DNA of 32,000 nt from Nostoc minutum NIES-26 (GCA_003326215.1 LXQD01000205.1:65301-97300), one strand, 5' to 3'. Counted from the stretch's first letter, positions 17,996 to 26,744 are shown. The notes: a model not told the origin generated them from the sequence alone. Numbers and translations: made by a program.

Positions 17996-18034
17996 CGTAA
18001 ATCCAGACCCTTCAAGCATATTATCTGGGTAAAT

Positions 18035-18172
18035 ATAGCAATCCTAAATCACTTGTGAAAATTTCTAATTCTTGTCTCTCAGTGTCCTCTGCTTCTCTGT
18101 GGTAGCCTACGGCAAGCCGCTATTGCGTCTACGTTAAAAAGATAACTTTCACAGTTGAAATAGGATTGCTAT
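18035..18172. mobile_element. 138-bp MITE-like element with 26-bp imperfect terminal inverted repeats, carrying a family B unit
   Basis: The left TIR is atagcaatcctaaatcacttgtgaaa (18035-18060). The right TIR, reverse-complemented, is atagcaatcctatttcaactgtgaaa (18147-18172), matching at 22 of 26 positions. The interior contains gtagcctacggcaagccgctattgcgtctacg. No ORF and no clear target-site duplication were seen. Confidence 0.55.
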
Positions 18173-18246
18173 CTCACAAGCATAATTCTTTGTATTACGC
18201 TAATTCCATCAATTAACTACACATTTTAGGTGAAAGGAATCTTACC

Positions 18247-18849
18247 GTGACCACATCAAAAGCTTATAAAGATTCGTCATTTTCACATGACGACCTGTTT
18301 CTATCGAAACAAATTATTATCAATCCTGTGACAGGCGATCGCATGACTATTCTTTGCTCCACCGCCGATAGTAATGGAGAATATTTTAAAGTTCAATTTG
18401 ACCTACCACCAGGAGCAAAAGGCAGTCCCTTGCATTACCACGGTTCTATGCATGAAACCTTTGAGGTTTTAAGAGGTTCGCTCAATATGGAACTTTGTGA
18501 AAAAGGCAACAGAAAAACATTGCGAACTGGAGATAAAGTATACGTTTACCCTGGTATGTATCATAGTTTCTGGAATGAATCTAATGACTGGGTAACATTC
18601 ATTAGTGAAATACGTCCTGCTGGGAATTTTGAGCAATTTTTAAAAGCTTGGTACGGTTTAGCTGGAGACAGAAAAGTAAACAAAGATGGAGTACCTACCA
18701 ATTTATTGCAACTAGCCTTAATTGTTCAGAAATCCGACACCATAGTTGTCGGACAACCGCCGTTTCTGCAAAAAATAATACTCAACATACTGACTAAAAT
18801 TGCTCGTATTTTAAAAGTAGAGCGAACCCTAGTCAAATATTGGCGGTAA
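18247..18849 (+). CDS. Cupin-fold protein
   Basis: Cupin motifs GSPLHYHGSMHETFEVLRG and YPGMYHSFWN are present. The GTG start is preceded by aggtgaaagga, and the start position is uncertain. Confidence 0.6.
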   Translation: MTTSKAYKDSSFSHDDLFLSKQIIINPVTGDRMTILCSTADSNGEYFKVQFDLPPGAKGSPLHYHGSMHETFEVLRGSLNMELCEKGNRKTLRTGDKVYVYPGMYHSFWNESNDWVTFISEIRPAGNFEQFLKAWYGLAGDRKVNKDGVPTNLLQLALIVQKSDTIVVGQPPFLQKIILNILTKIARILKVERTLVKYWR

Positions 18850-18868
18850 CATCAGCATCAACAAAAGT

Positions 18869-18916
18869 AATTCGTAGTTAAAGTAATTTTAATTACGAAT
18901 TACGAACTACGAATTA
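18869..18916. repeat. Inverted heptamer (AATTCGT / ACGAATT) arrays forming a 12-bp perfect stem
   Basis: taattcgtagtt (18869-18880) is complementary to aactacgaatta (18905-18916). It lies between the cupin stop and the membrane-protein start. Confidence 0.7.
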
Positions 18917-18930
18917 TCTAGGAGAAAACC

Positions 18931-19680
18931 ATGAAAGACCGCGTACAACTTTTGAGAATAACAGGTGCTGTGCTGACTTTTCTATCTATTTCCATCAACA
19001 TACCCTACATTTTGCTGATTCAAAATTTTGAGTATGATGATATTCTCCGCGCACCCACTAACTACATCCTCACTAAATTTCACGAAGGCGGTTCCGAACT
19101 CATCTTCACTTGGTTTCTTTTTGCTTTGTTAGCATTACTGTTTATTCCAGCCAGTACATTTCTACAAAAAGTACTCACAAGAGAAGATACTGTCTATTTG
19201 TCCGCAGCTACCTTAATGGGTGTGCTTTCTGGTTTGTTGCAGTCTATTGGACTCATGCGCTGGGTATTTGTCGTTCCTGTCTTAGCCGATTTGTATGTTC
19301 AACCAACAACCGATAGAGCAACTCGTTCTGCTGTTGCTGTTGTCTTTCAAGCAGTTCATCAATATGGTGGTGTTGTTATCGGCGAACATTTGGGACAAAC
19401 TTTACTCGCCTTATGGACATTGGGAGTTGGTGTGGCGATGCTTGGCTCACCCTTCTTTAAATCTTGGATTGCTTGGTTTGGTCTTTTTACAGTACCTCTT
19501 TTAATTCTCGGACAAACTGAATTACTTGCAACAGTTATTCCATCTATGCCAGTGTGGAAAGTCACTCCTATTGGTTTCATGCTTTGGGAAGTTTGGCTTT
19601 TAATAACAGGAGTCAGTCTACTTTTGACAGCAAATAAATATAAAAGTACCGACAAAACTCAACAACTTTCCAGAATTTGA
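18931..19680 (+). CDS. Multi-pass integral membrane protein, family not assignable by eye
   Basis: The ATG start is preceded by taggagaaaacc. There are about 6-7 hydrophobic helices, for example ITGAVLTFLSISINIPYILLI and LIFTWFLFALLALLFIPA. Confidence 0.7.
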   Translation: MKDRVQLLRITGAVLTFLSISINIPYILLIQNFEYDDILRAPTNYILTKFHEGGSELIFTWFLFALLALLFIPASTFLQKVLTREDTVYLSAATLMGVLSGLLQSIGLMRWVFVVPVLADLYVQPTTDRATRSAVAVVFQAVHQYGGVVIGEHLGQTLLALWTLGVGVAMLGSPFFKSWIAWFGLFTVPLLILGQTELLATVIPSMPVWKVTPIGFMLWEVWLLITGVSLLLTANKYKSTDKTQQLSRI

Positions 19681-19707
19681 AAATCAACAGTTCTCAGTCT
19701 TGAAGAA

Positions 19708-19887
19708 GAATTCAGAAGTTAGAATTTAGGAGTCAGACTAAAAAAAGTGGAAGATTTAGAGCCGCTACTAATAGAAAACCACTAAATAGAAGATTGACTA
19801 GTGGTCTTAAACCAAGCAATTCATCTACCATTCGTACAAAATTCAGAATTCAATTCTGACTCCTCACTCCTGAATTCTGTTGTGATA
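19708..19887. repeat. Heptamer-type repeat blocks in inverted orientation flanking ~125 bp
   Basis: The left block is gaattcagaagttagaatttaggagtcaga (19708-19737). The right block tctgactcctcactcctgaattc (19865-19887) reads gaattcaggagtgaggagtcaga when reverse-complemented. A palindrome tcagaattcaattctga lies at 19853-19869. Confidence 0.5.
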
Positions 19888-19908
19888 AATTACTAATTAA
19901 ATATAATC

Positions 19909-20664
19909 ATGATTGACACAAATCGTTGGATTGTCCGCTATCAATCCCATCCTAAAGTTCGTTTGCGCTTATTTTGCTTTCCTTATGCTGGAGGTAGTAC
20001 CTCTACATATCGTAAATGGTCGGAGTTATTACCATCAGATATTGAAGTTTGTCCTGTACAACTTCCTGGACGGGAAAACAGATCGATGGAAGCTCCTTTC
20101 ACTCATGTTACACCGCTGGTTGAGAGTTTATTACCAGTTTTAAACTCATATCTAGACCTTCCTTATGCTTTTTTTGGCCACAGTATGGGAGCCTTAATTA
20201 GTTTTGAATTAGCCCGTCACATTAGAAAACAACGCTACCCCGAACCTCAACATTTATTTGTTTCTAGCCGTCGCTCTCCTCATCTTCCTTCTTCAGAGCC
20301 TCCTATTCATAAACTACCTGAAACCGCTTTTTGGGAGCAACTTCGCCTCTATGATGGTGTACCCGATACACTATTACAAAGTTCTCAAATAGCCAAGTTG
20401 TTTCTACCACTGTTGCGAGCAGACTTTGCCATTCATGAAACATATAAATACACCCCAGGCACTCAATTTAATTACCCAATAACAGCCTTTGGCGGGTTAC
20501 ACGATCGCAAAGTCGGCTCTGAAGAAATTATGGCTTGGCGAGAGTTAACTAATAGTGATTTCTACCTTCACTTATTTCCTGGCAATCACTTATTTTTACG
20601 TAAGGAGTACCAGCAAATTTTATCAGTTATAGCTCGAAATCTGAGTCAAAAAATTGCAGCTTAA
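19909..20664 (+). CDS. Type II (editing) thioesterase
   Basis: Motifs LFCFPYAGGS, the nucleophile elbow GHSMGALISFELA, GGLHDRKV (Asp) and FPGNHLFL (His). At 251 aa, its length is typical for this family. Confidence 0.9.
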   Translation: MIDTNRWIVRYQSHPKVRLRLFCFPYAGGSTSTYRKWSELLPSDIEVCPVQLPGRENRSMEAPFTHVTPLVESLLPVLNSYLDLPYAFFGHSMGALISFELARHIRKQRYPEPQHLFVSSRRSPHLPSSEPPIHKLPETAFWEQLRLYDGVPDTLLQSSQIAKLFLPLLRADFAIHETYKYTPGTQFNYPITAFGGLHDRKVGSEEIMAWRELTNSDFYLHLFPGNHLFLRKEYQQILSVIARNLSQKIAA

Positions 20665-20707
20665 CTTTTTAAAATGAAACGACTATCAATTAAAAAATTT
20701 TCTGTAG

Positions 20708-20735
20708 GGTGCGTTATGCTTCTGGCTAACGCACC
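20708..20735 (+). terminator. 9-bp perfect hairpin after the thioesterase gene (dispersed-repeat type)
   Basis: The arms are ggtgcgtta (20708-20716) and taacgcacc (20727-20735), with a 10-nt loop. It sits 44 nt after the stop and has no U-tract. Confidence 0.35.
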
Positions 20736-20792
20736 ATGACAGATTAGTTCAAAATGGTACATTACATCAGACTAATCACCAGCTTAAACATC

Positions 20793-21893
20793 ATGGAAAT
20801 TAACAAATTGCTGAATACTAACATCGAATCTTCAATGATTTTAATGACACCAATGCAGATCAAAGAGCAATTGCCTTTAACCAAAGTTGCTACAGAAACT
20901 GTATTGCAAGGTAGACAAGCTATACAAAATATACTTGACGGCAAAGATTCCCGAAAATTTATTATTGTTGGCCCTTGCTCTATCCATGATTTCGATGCTG
21001 CTTTAGAATATGCAGAAAAATTGAAAATTATTGCCGAACAGGTAAAAGACAAACTGTTGATTGTGATGAGAGTTTACTTTGAAAAACCTAGAACTACAAT
21101 TGGATGGAAAGGATTAATTAATGACCCCGACTTAGATGGCTCATTTAACATTCAAAAAGGATTATTTACGGCACGCAATTTGTTACTCAAAATTGCTGAA
21201 TTAAAATTACCTGCTGCTACAGAAGCTTTAGATCCTGTAACACCTCAATATTTCTCCGATTTAATTTCTTGGGCTGCAATTGGAGCGCGCACAATTGAAT
21301 CTCAAACCCATCGGGAAATGGCAAGCGGATTATCCATGCCAATAGGTTTTAAAAATGGTACTGATGGTAATATTCAAGTTGCTCTTGATGCTATTCAATC
21401 AGCTAATAAACTCCACCATTTTTTAGGAATTGACCAAAGAGGTCAAGTTTGTACATTTAAAGCAAAAGGAAATAACTACGGTCATATTATTTTACGTGGG
21501 GGAGATGGTAAACCGAATTTTGATGCACCTACTGTAGCTTGGGTAGAGAAGAAGCTAGAGGGACTTAAGCTACCTCAAAGAATCATCATTGACTGTAGTC
21601 ATGGAAATTCTTATAAAGATCATAAGCTACAGGCCACTGTCTTTAATAACGTTCTCCAGCAAATTGCAGATAGGAATAAATCAATTGTTGGCATGATGCT
21701 TGAGTCCAACTTGTATGAAGGAAATCAGAAGATACCTACAGATTTAAAAAAATTGAAGTATGGCGTATCTGTTACAGACAAATGTATTAGTTGGGAAGAA
21801 ACAGAAGAAATAATTCTATCTGCACATCACAAGTTAAGCAGAATGGTTGTATCTGGAACTCCTCTGCGAAACTTATTGACAACTGTAAGATAG
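20793..21893 (+). CDS. 3-deoxy-D-arabino-heptulosonate-7-phosphate (DAHP) synthase, type I-alpha (AroG/F/H-like)
   Basis: The protein is collinear with E. coli AroG as I recall it: IIVGPCSIHD, MRVYFEKPRTTIGWKGLINDP, IGARTIESQTHREMASGLSMPIGFKNGTDG, IILRGG and MLESNLYEGNQ. The ORF is open from 20754. ATG 20793 or ATG 20835 fits the AroG N-terminus better. Confidence 0.88.
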   Translation: MEINKLLNTNIESSMILMTPMQIKEQLPLTKVATETVLQGRQAIQNILDGKDSRKFIIVGPCSIHDFDAALEYAEKLKIIAEQVKDKLLIVMRVYFEKPRTTIGWKGLINDPDLDGSFNIQKGLFTARNLLLKIAELKLPAATEALDPVTPQYFSDLISWAAIGARTIESQTHREMASGLSMPIGFKNGTDGNIQVALDAIQSANKLHHFLGIDQRGQVCTFKAKGNNYGHIILRGGDGKPNFDAPTVAWVEKKLEGLKLPQRIIIDCSHGNSYKDHKLQATVFNNVLQQIADRNKSIVGMMLESNLYEGNQKIPTDLKKLKYGVSVTDKCISWEETEEIILSAHHKLSRMVVSGTPLRNLLTTVR

Positions 21894-22221
21894 CTATTGT
21901 CAATACCATGCTTCTTGCAAAAAATCAAAAAATTGGGGATGTCATTCTGTAAGTGAAAGCTTGCCACAGAGAGGCGTTCCCATAGAATAGGGTAGCATTT
22001 TGCGGAATATTTTCACTCGTAAAACATGATATCTTAAGTATTTTTGTAATAAGTTTTGAGTCTTAAATATATAAAGCTTACTACTATTTATAGCAAACAA
22101 ATATCCTGAAAATCACAAATCTTTCCCTTGTAAATGTATTTAAATCAGCTTAAATTAATAATTATCACCCTGAAAAATTTCTGAAAAATTATCAATCTAT
22201 AACAATACAAATAGGTGATTT

Positions 22222-22467
22222 ATGACTAGACAAGAAATCTTTAGCAAAGTTCAAGCTGTTGTCGCCGAAGAACTAGCCAATGAACAACAAAAAGTTACCC
22301 CAGATGCTAATCTAACTTTAGATTTAGGAGCAGATTACTTAGATTTAATCGCAATGTTTCAAGCATTAGAAGATGCTTTTGGTACAAAAATTCCTCCTAA
22401 GGAAGCAAAGCAACTTTTAACAGTACAAGAAGTTGTAAATTACATAGGTCAGACAGTTATTTTTTGA
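22222..22467 (+). CDS. Acyl carrier protein-like protein with Tyr in place of the phosphopantetheinyl Ser
   Basis: The 81-aa protein is collinear with E. coli AcpP. DLGADYLDLIAMFQALEDAF aligns with [20 protein letters not shown], and the codon is tac at 22336-22338. Confidence 0.8.
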   Translation: MTRQEIFSKVQAVVAEELANEQQKVTPDANLTLDLGADYLDLIAMFQALEDAFGTKIPPKEAKQLLTVQEVVNYIGQTVIF

Positions 22468-22476
22468 GTTTTAACC

Positions 22477-23733
22477 ATGATAAATAAAAATTTAAGAAGG
22501 GTTGTAGTTACAGGTATGGGAGCTATTACCCCTCTAGGAAATTCGGTGAAAGAGTATTGGGAAGGGTTGATTGCTGGACGCAGTGGTATTGATGCAATTA
22601 CCCACTTTGATGCTTCTTTGCATACTTGTAAAATCGCAGGTGAAGTTAGAGGCTTTGACCCTTACGACTATTTAGAACGCAAAGATGTCAAGCATATATC
22701 GCGTTTTTCTCAATTTGCAGTTAGTGCAAGTCTACAAGCGATCGCTAATGCTGGGTTAAAAATCAACGACTCAAATGCTACTCAAGTTGGCATTATTATA
22801 GGCAACGGCATCGGCGGTCTGCAAGTGATCGAGGAACAGCAAAAAATCTTCCTGGCTCAAGGGCCCAAACGCTGTAGTCCTTTTACAATTCCCATGACAA
22901 TCTCTAACATCGCAGCCGGACTCACAGCAATTTATACAGGGGCTAAAGGGCCGAACTTTTGCACTGTTACCGCTTGCGCTGCTGGTTCTAATGCGATTGG
23001 AGAAGCTTTTCGCTTAATTCAAACAGGCCAAGCTCAGGCAATGATTTGTGGTGGTACAGAAGCAGCGATTACACCTCTATGTATAGCTGCCTTCAGTTCT
23101 GCCAAAACCCTAACAACTAGAAATGACGAACCCACACGAGCCTCTCGTCCCTTTGATGCAGAGCGAAATGGCTTCGTCATGGGAGAAGGAGCGGGGATTC
23201 TACTCATAGAGGATTTAGAACATGCTCTGCGTCGGGGAGCTACTCATATTTATGCAGAGATTGTTGGCTATGGCCTGACTTGTGATGCTTACCATATAAC
23301 CACTCCCACACCCAGCGGTGAGGGAGCCACCAGAGCTATGGAACTAGCCTTAAAAGATGCTGGCTTGTTCCCCAACGAAGTCAGCTATATTAACGCTCAT
23401 GGCACTAGCACTGTAGCTAACGATGCCACAGAAACCTTAGCTATTAAGCAAGCTTTAGGAAACCGTGCCCTCGAAATTCCTATTAGTTCCACCAAATCCA
23501 TGATTGGCCATCTTTTAGGTGCATCTGGAGGCGTTGAAGCTATTGCCACAGTCTTAACAGTAGGTCTTGATTTAATTCCACCAACAATCAATTTAGATCG
23601 GCCAGATCCAAAGTGCGATTTAGACTATGTTCCTTACCAAAGCAGAAGTCAAAGAGTAGATGTTGCTCTTTCTAACTCTTTTGGCTTTGGAGGACATAAC
23701 GCTTCTTTAGCTTTTAAAAAGTTTGAAGACTAA
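22477..23733 (+). CDS. fabF: Beta-ketoacyl-ACP synthase II (FabF-like), cluster-embedded paralogue
   Basis: Motifs RVVVTGMGAITPLG, TVTACAAGSNAIGEA (Cys), NAHGTSTVANDATE (His), KSMIGHLLGASG (His) and FGFGGHNASLAF. Confidence 0.9.
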   Translation: MINKNLRRVVVTGMGAITPLGNSVKEYWEGLIAGRSGIDAITHFDASLHTCKIAGEVRGFDPYDYLERKDVKHISRFSQFAVSASLQAIANAGLKINDSNATQVGIIIGNGIGGLQVIEEQQKIFLAQGPKRCSPFTIPMTISNIAAGLTAIYTGAKGPNFCTVTACAAGSNAIGEAFRLIQTGQAQAMICGGTEAAITPLCIAAFSSAKTLTTRNDEPTRASRPFDAERNGFVMGEGAGILLIEDLEHALRRGATHIYAEIVGYGLTCDAYHITTPTPSGEGATRAMELALKDAGLFPNEVSYINAHGTSTVANDATETLAIKQALGNRALEIPISSTKSMIGHLLGASGGVEAIATVLTVGLDLIPPTINLDRPDPKCDLDYVPYQSRSQRVDVALSNSFGFGGHNASLAFKKFED

Positions 23734-23736
23734 TAA

Positions 23737-23785
23737 AGGCAGAAGGCAGAGGGCAGGAGGCAGAAGGTAGAAGTCAGAAGTCAAA
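23737..23785. repeat. STRR array, 7 x AGGCAGA-like heptamers
   Basis: The units are aggcaga aggcaga gggcagg aggcaga aggtaga agtcaga agtcaaa. The array starts immediately after the FabF-like stop. Confidence 0.85.
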
Positions 23786-23849
23786 AGTTATTATTTTTCT
23801 CCCCTATATCCCTCATCTCCCTCACAAGAATAACTAGCAAATAAAGCAG

Positions 23850-24860
23850 ATGAAATCCTTAGTAAGACAAGGTGTTGTTCTCACGGGGACTGGCTCTGCG
23901 GTTCCAGATACGTGCTTGGACAATCATCAACTCAACCAAATGGTAGTTACTTCTGATGATTGGATAACGACTCGCACAGGAATTCGCCGCCGCCATCTTC
24001 TTGCGCCGAAGAATTCGCTCACAGCTATGGCTACTGAAGCTGCTCAAAAGGCTATAGCGATGGCAGGTATAGCACCACAAAACTTAGATTTGATTATTTT
24101 AGCTACATCGACTCCTGATGATTTGTTTGGGAATGCTAGTCAAATTCAAGCTCGACTGGGAGCTACCCAAGCCGTAGCTTTTGATTTGACAGCAGCTTGC
24201 TCTGGTTTTGTGTTTGGTTTGGTAACTGCCGCCCAATTTATGCGGACTGGAGCCTATCAAAATGTTCTCCTCATCGGTGCTGAAGTGCTTTCTCGGTGGG
24301 TAGATTGGTCTGATAGACGTACTTGCGTTCTCTTTGGCGATGGAGCAGGAGCAGTAGTTTTACAAGCAAGTGAATACGATTGTCTCTTGGGTTTTCAACT
24401 TCATACTGATGGTACGCAAAATCAATATCTAAAATTGGGATTTCAAGAACAAGAGAAACTACTAATTGATAGTATCAGGGTTGGTCAAGGTACATACCAA
24501 CCAATTGCAATGAACGGACAAGAAGTTTATCGCTTTGCCGTTCAAAAAGTCCCTGAAGTTATTGAAAAGGCACTATACCGAGCCGGATTAGATATTGAAC
24601 AAGTAGACTGGCTATTGATGCATCAAGCCAATCAGCGAATTTTAAATGCTGTGGCCGAACGTTTAAATCTTCCCGAAGAAAAAATCATTAGCAACGTAGC
24701 AAACTATGGAAACACTTCTGCTGCTTCAATTCCTCTAGCTTTGGATGAAGCTGTTCGTCGAGGGCAAATCAAACCACATGATATTATCGCTCTGGCTGGC
24801 TTTGGCGCTGGGCTTTCTTGGGGTGCTGCGATTTTTGAATGGGGTTCTCTTAATTCGTAA
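23850..24860 (+). CDS. fabH: Beta-ketoacyl-ACP synthase III (FabH-like) with an intact Cys-His-Asn triad
   Basis: Motifs GTGSAVP, DLTAACSGFVFGL (Cys), LMHQANQRIL (His), NYGNTSAASIPLAL (Asn) and GFGAGLSWG. The last three codons and the stop lie inside an AATTCGT heptamer array. Confidence 0.9.
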   Translation: MKSLVRQGVVLTGTGSAVPDTCLDNHQLNQMVVTSDDWITTRTGIRRRHLLAPKNSLTAMATEAAQKAIAMAGIAPQNLDLIILATSTPDDLFGNASQIQARLGATQAVAFDLTAACSGFVFGLVTAAQFMRTGAYQNVLLIGAEVLSRWVDWSDRRTCVLFGDGAGAVVLQASEYDCLLGFQLHTDGTQNQYLKLGFQEQEKLLIDSIRVGQGTYQPIAMNGQEVYRFAVQKVPEVIEKALYRAGLDIEQVDWLLMHQANQRILNAVAERLNLPEEKIISNVANYGNTSAASIPLALDEAVRRGQIKPHDIIALAGFGAGLSWGAAIFEWGSLNS

Positions 24861-24877
24861 TTCGTAATTCGTAATTC
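24851..24877. repeat. STRR array, about 3.5 x AATTCGT
   Basis: The array taattcgtaattcgtaattcgtaattc overlaps the FabH-like stop codon at 24858-24860. Confidence 0.85.
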
Positions 24878-24973
24878 AGATTCTTTTTTGATGATTGGTT
24901 GTGAAGTGTAGGGAGAATTTTTATTTTGTCTCCCTTGTAATTGGTTTTTTTACGAGTTTAAAGTAACCCGCGT

Positions 24974-26698
24974 ATGAATACACTATCTCTACAACAGAAC
25001 ATCACGCGTTCTTGGCAAGTGCCTTTTACTGGCAATTCAAATTCAGACAATTTAAATTCAATTGTAACTGTAGGCGATCGCAATCTGACTATAGACGAGG
25101 TGGTGAATGTAGCCCGTCATGGCACACAGGTGCGTTTAACTGATAATGTAGATATCCTAAAAGGCGTGCAAGCATCGTGTGACTACATCGATCGTGCAGT
25201 TGAAACAGGCCAACCAATATACGGAGTTACATCTGGCTTTGGTGGAATGGCACATGTTGTCATTTCCCGCGAACAAGCAGCCGAACTTCAAACTAACTTA
25301 ATTTGGTTTCTAAAATCTGGAGCGGGTGCGAGATTGCCGTTGGCAGATGTCCGCGCCGCCATGCTTTTGCGTGCCAATTCACACTTATATGGTGCATCGG
25401 GTATACGACTCGAATTGATTCAACGAATTGAAACTTTTTTAAATGCTGGTGTGACACCGTATGTCTATGAGTTTGGCTCTATTGGTGCTAGTGGCGATTT
25501 AGTACCTTTGTCTTATATTACTGGGGCGCTCATAGGTTTAGATCCCAGCTTTACAGTTGACTTCGACGGTAGAGAAATGGATGCTCCTACAGCGCTGTGT
25601 CGGCTGGGTTTGCAGCCTTTGCAACTGCAACCGAAAGAAGGCTTGGCAATGATGAACGGCACTTCTGTGATGACAGCGATCGCAGGTAATTGCGTGTATG
25701 ATGCTAGAGTCTTACTTGCACTAGCAATGGGCGTACATGCCTTAGCCATCCAAGGTTTATACGGGACAAATCAATCGTTCCACCCGTTTATCCATAAACA
25801 CAAACCCCATCCCGGTCAACTGTGGGCAGCAGACCAGATGTTTTCCCTGCTTAAAGGTTCATACTTAGTCCGTGAAGAATCAGATGGCAAGCATGAATAT
25901 CGCGGTCAAGAACTAATCCAAGATCGTTATTCTCTGCGCTGCCTTCCACAGTATATGGGGCCAATTGTTGACGGAATATCGGAGATTGCCGAGCAAATCG
26001 AGCTAGAAATGAACTCAGTCACCGATAATCCATTGATTGATGCCAACAAACAAGCTAGTTATCATGGTGGCAATTTTCTCGGACAGTATGTAGGCGTGAC
26101 AATGGATCGCTTGCGCTACTATATAGGGCTATTAGCTAAACACATCGACGTACAGATCGCGCTGCTTGTTTCACCAGAGTTTAGCAACGGACTCCCACCT
26201 TCTTTAGTTGGCAATCTAGAGCGTAAAGTCAACATGGGACTTAAAGGTTTGCAAATTAGTGGAAACTCGATCATGCCACTATTGACCTTCTATGGAAATT
26301 CTTTAGCCGATCGCTTTCCTACCCATGCCGAACAATTTAATCAAAACATTAACAGCCAAGGATATGTTTCAGCAAATCTGACACGTCGTTCTGTAGACAT
26401 ATTTCAATATTATATGGCGATCGCGCTGATGTTTGGAGTCCAAGCCGCTGACTTGCGTACATATAAAATGACTGGTCACTACGATGCACGTACATGCCTT
26501 TCTACCGGAACTTTAGAGTTGTATGCGGCAGTTCGTCAAGTAGTTGGACATCAGCCAACATCTCTGCGTCCATACATTTGGAACGATAACGAACAGTCCT
26601 TGGACGAGCATATCGCCTTGATTTCAGCTGATATCGCTGCTGGCGGTCTAATTGTGCAAGCAGTTAGCGATATTTTGTCAAGCTTGAAGTCAATATAA
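24974..26698 (+). CDS. pal: Phenylalanine ammonia-lyase (MIO-dependent, cyanobacterial short PAL type)
   Basis: The MIO triad ASG sits in GSIGASGDLVPLSYITG (25487-25495). The Phe-selectivity pair F-L sits in NLIWFLKSG (25307-12). The protein is near-collinear over its whole length with the Nostoc punctiforme and Anabaena variabilis PAL sequences as I remember them. Confidence 0.92.
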   Translation: MNTLSLQQNITRSWQVPFTGNSNSDNLNSIVTVGDRNLTIDEVVNVARHGTQVRLTDNVDILKGVQASCDYIDRAVETGQPIYGVTSGFGGMAHVVISREQAAELQTNLIWFLKSGAGARLPLADVRAAMLLRANSHLYGASGIRLELIQRIETFLNAGVTPYVYEFGSIGASGDLVPLSYITGALIGLDPSFTVDFDGREMDAPTALCRLGLQPLQLQPKEGLAMMNGTSVMTAIAGNCVYDARVLLALAMGVHALAIQGLYGTNQSFHPFIHKHKPHPGQLWAADQMFSLLKGSYLVREESDGKHEYRGQELIQDRYSLRCLPQYMGPIVDGISEIAEQIELEMNSVTDNPLIDANKQASYHGGNFLGQYVGVTMDRLRYYIGLLAKHIDVQIALLVSPEFSNGLPPSLVGNLERKVNMGLKGLQISGNSIMPLLTFYGNSLADRFPTHAEQFNQNINSQGYVSANLTRRSVDIFQYYMAIALMFGVQAADLRTYKMTGHYDARTCLSTGTLELYAAVRQVVGHQPTSLRPYIWNDNEQSLDEHIALISADIAAGGLIVQAVSDILSSLKSI

Positions 26699-26744
26699 TT
26701 CGTAATTTCATGCAGACAATCTCGGCTAGAAAGGAGATTTAATA

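Noticed and set aside
19110-19655. Three overlapping ORFs (two on +, one on -) inside the membrane-protein gene.
   Set aside because: They are alternate frames of a hydrophobic CDS and are not independently supported.
23737-24877. Heptamer arrays considered as possible CRISPR arrays.
   Set aside because: The units are 7 nt and directly abutting, with no spacers. This is the STRR type of cyanobacterial repeat, not CRISPR.
24974-26698. Alternative calls for the MIO enzyme: histidine or tyrosine ammonia-lyase, or an aminomutase.
   Set aside because: The selectivity position reads F-L (WFLK), as in PALs, rather than S-H (HAL) or H-L (TAL). The protein tracks the known short cyanobacterial PALs end to end. 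Aminomutase activity cannot be fully excluded from sequence alone.
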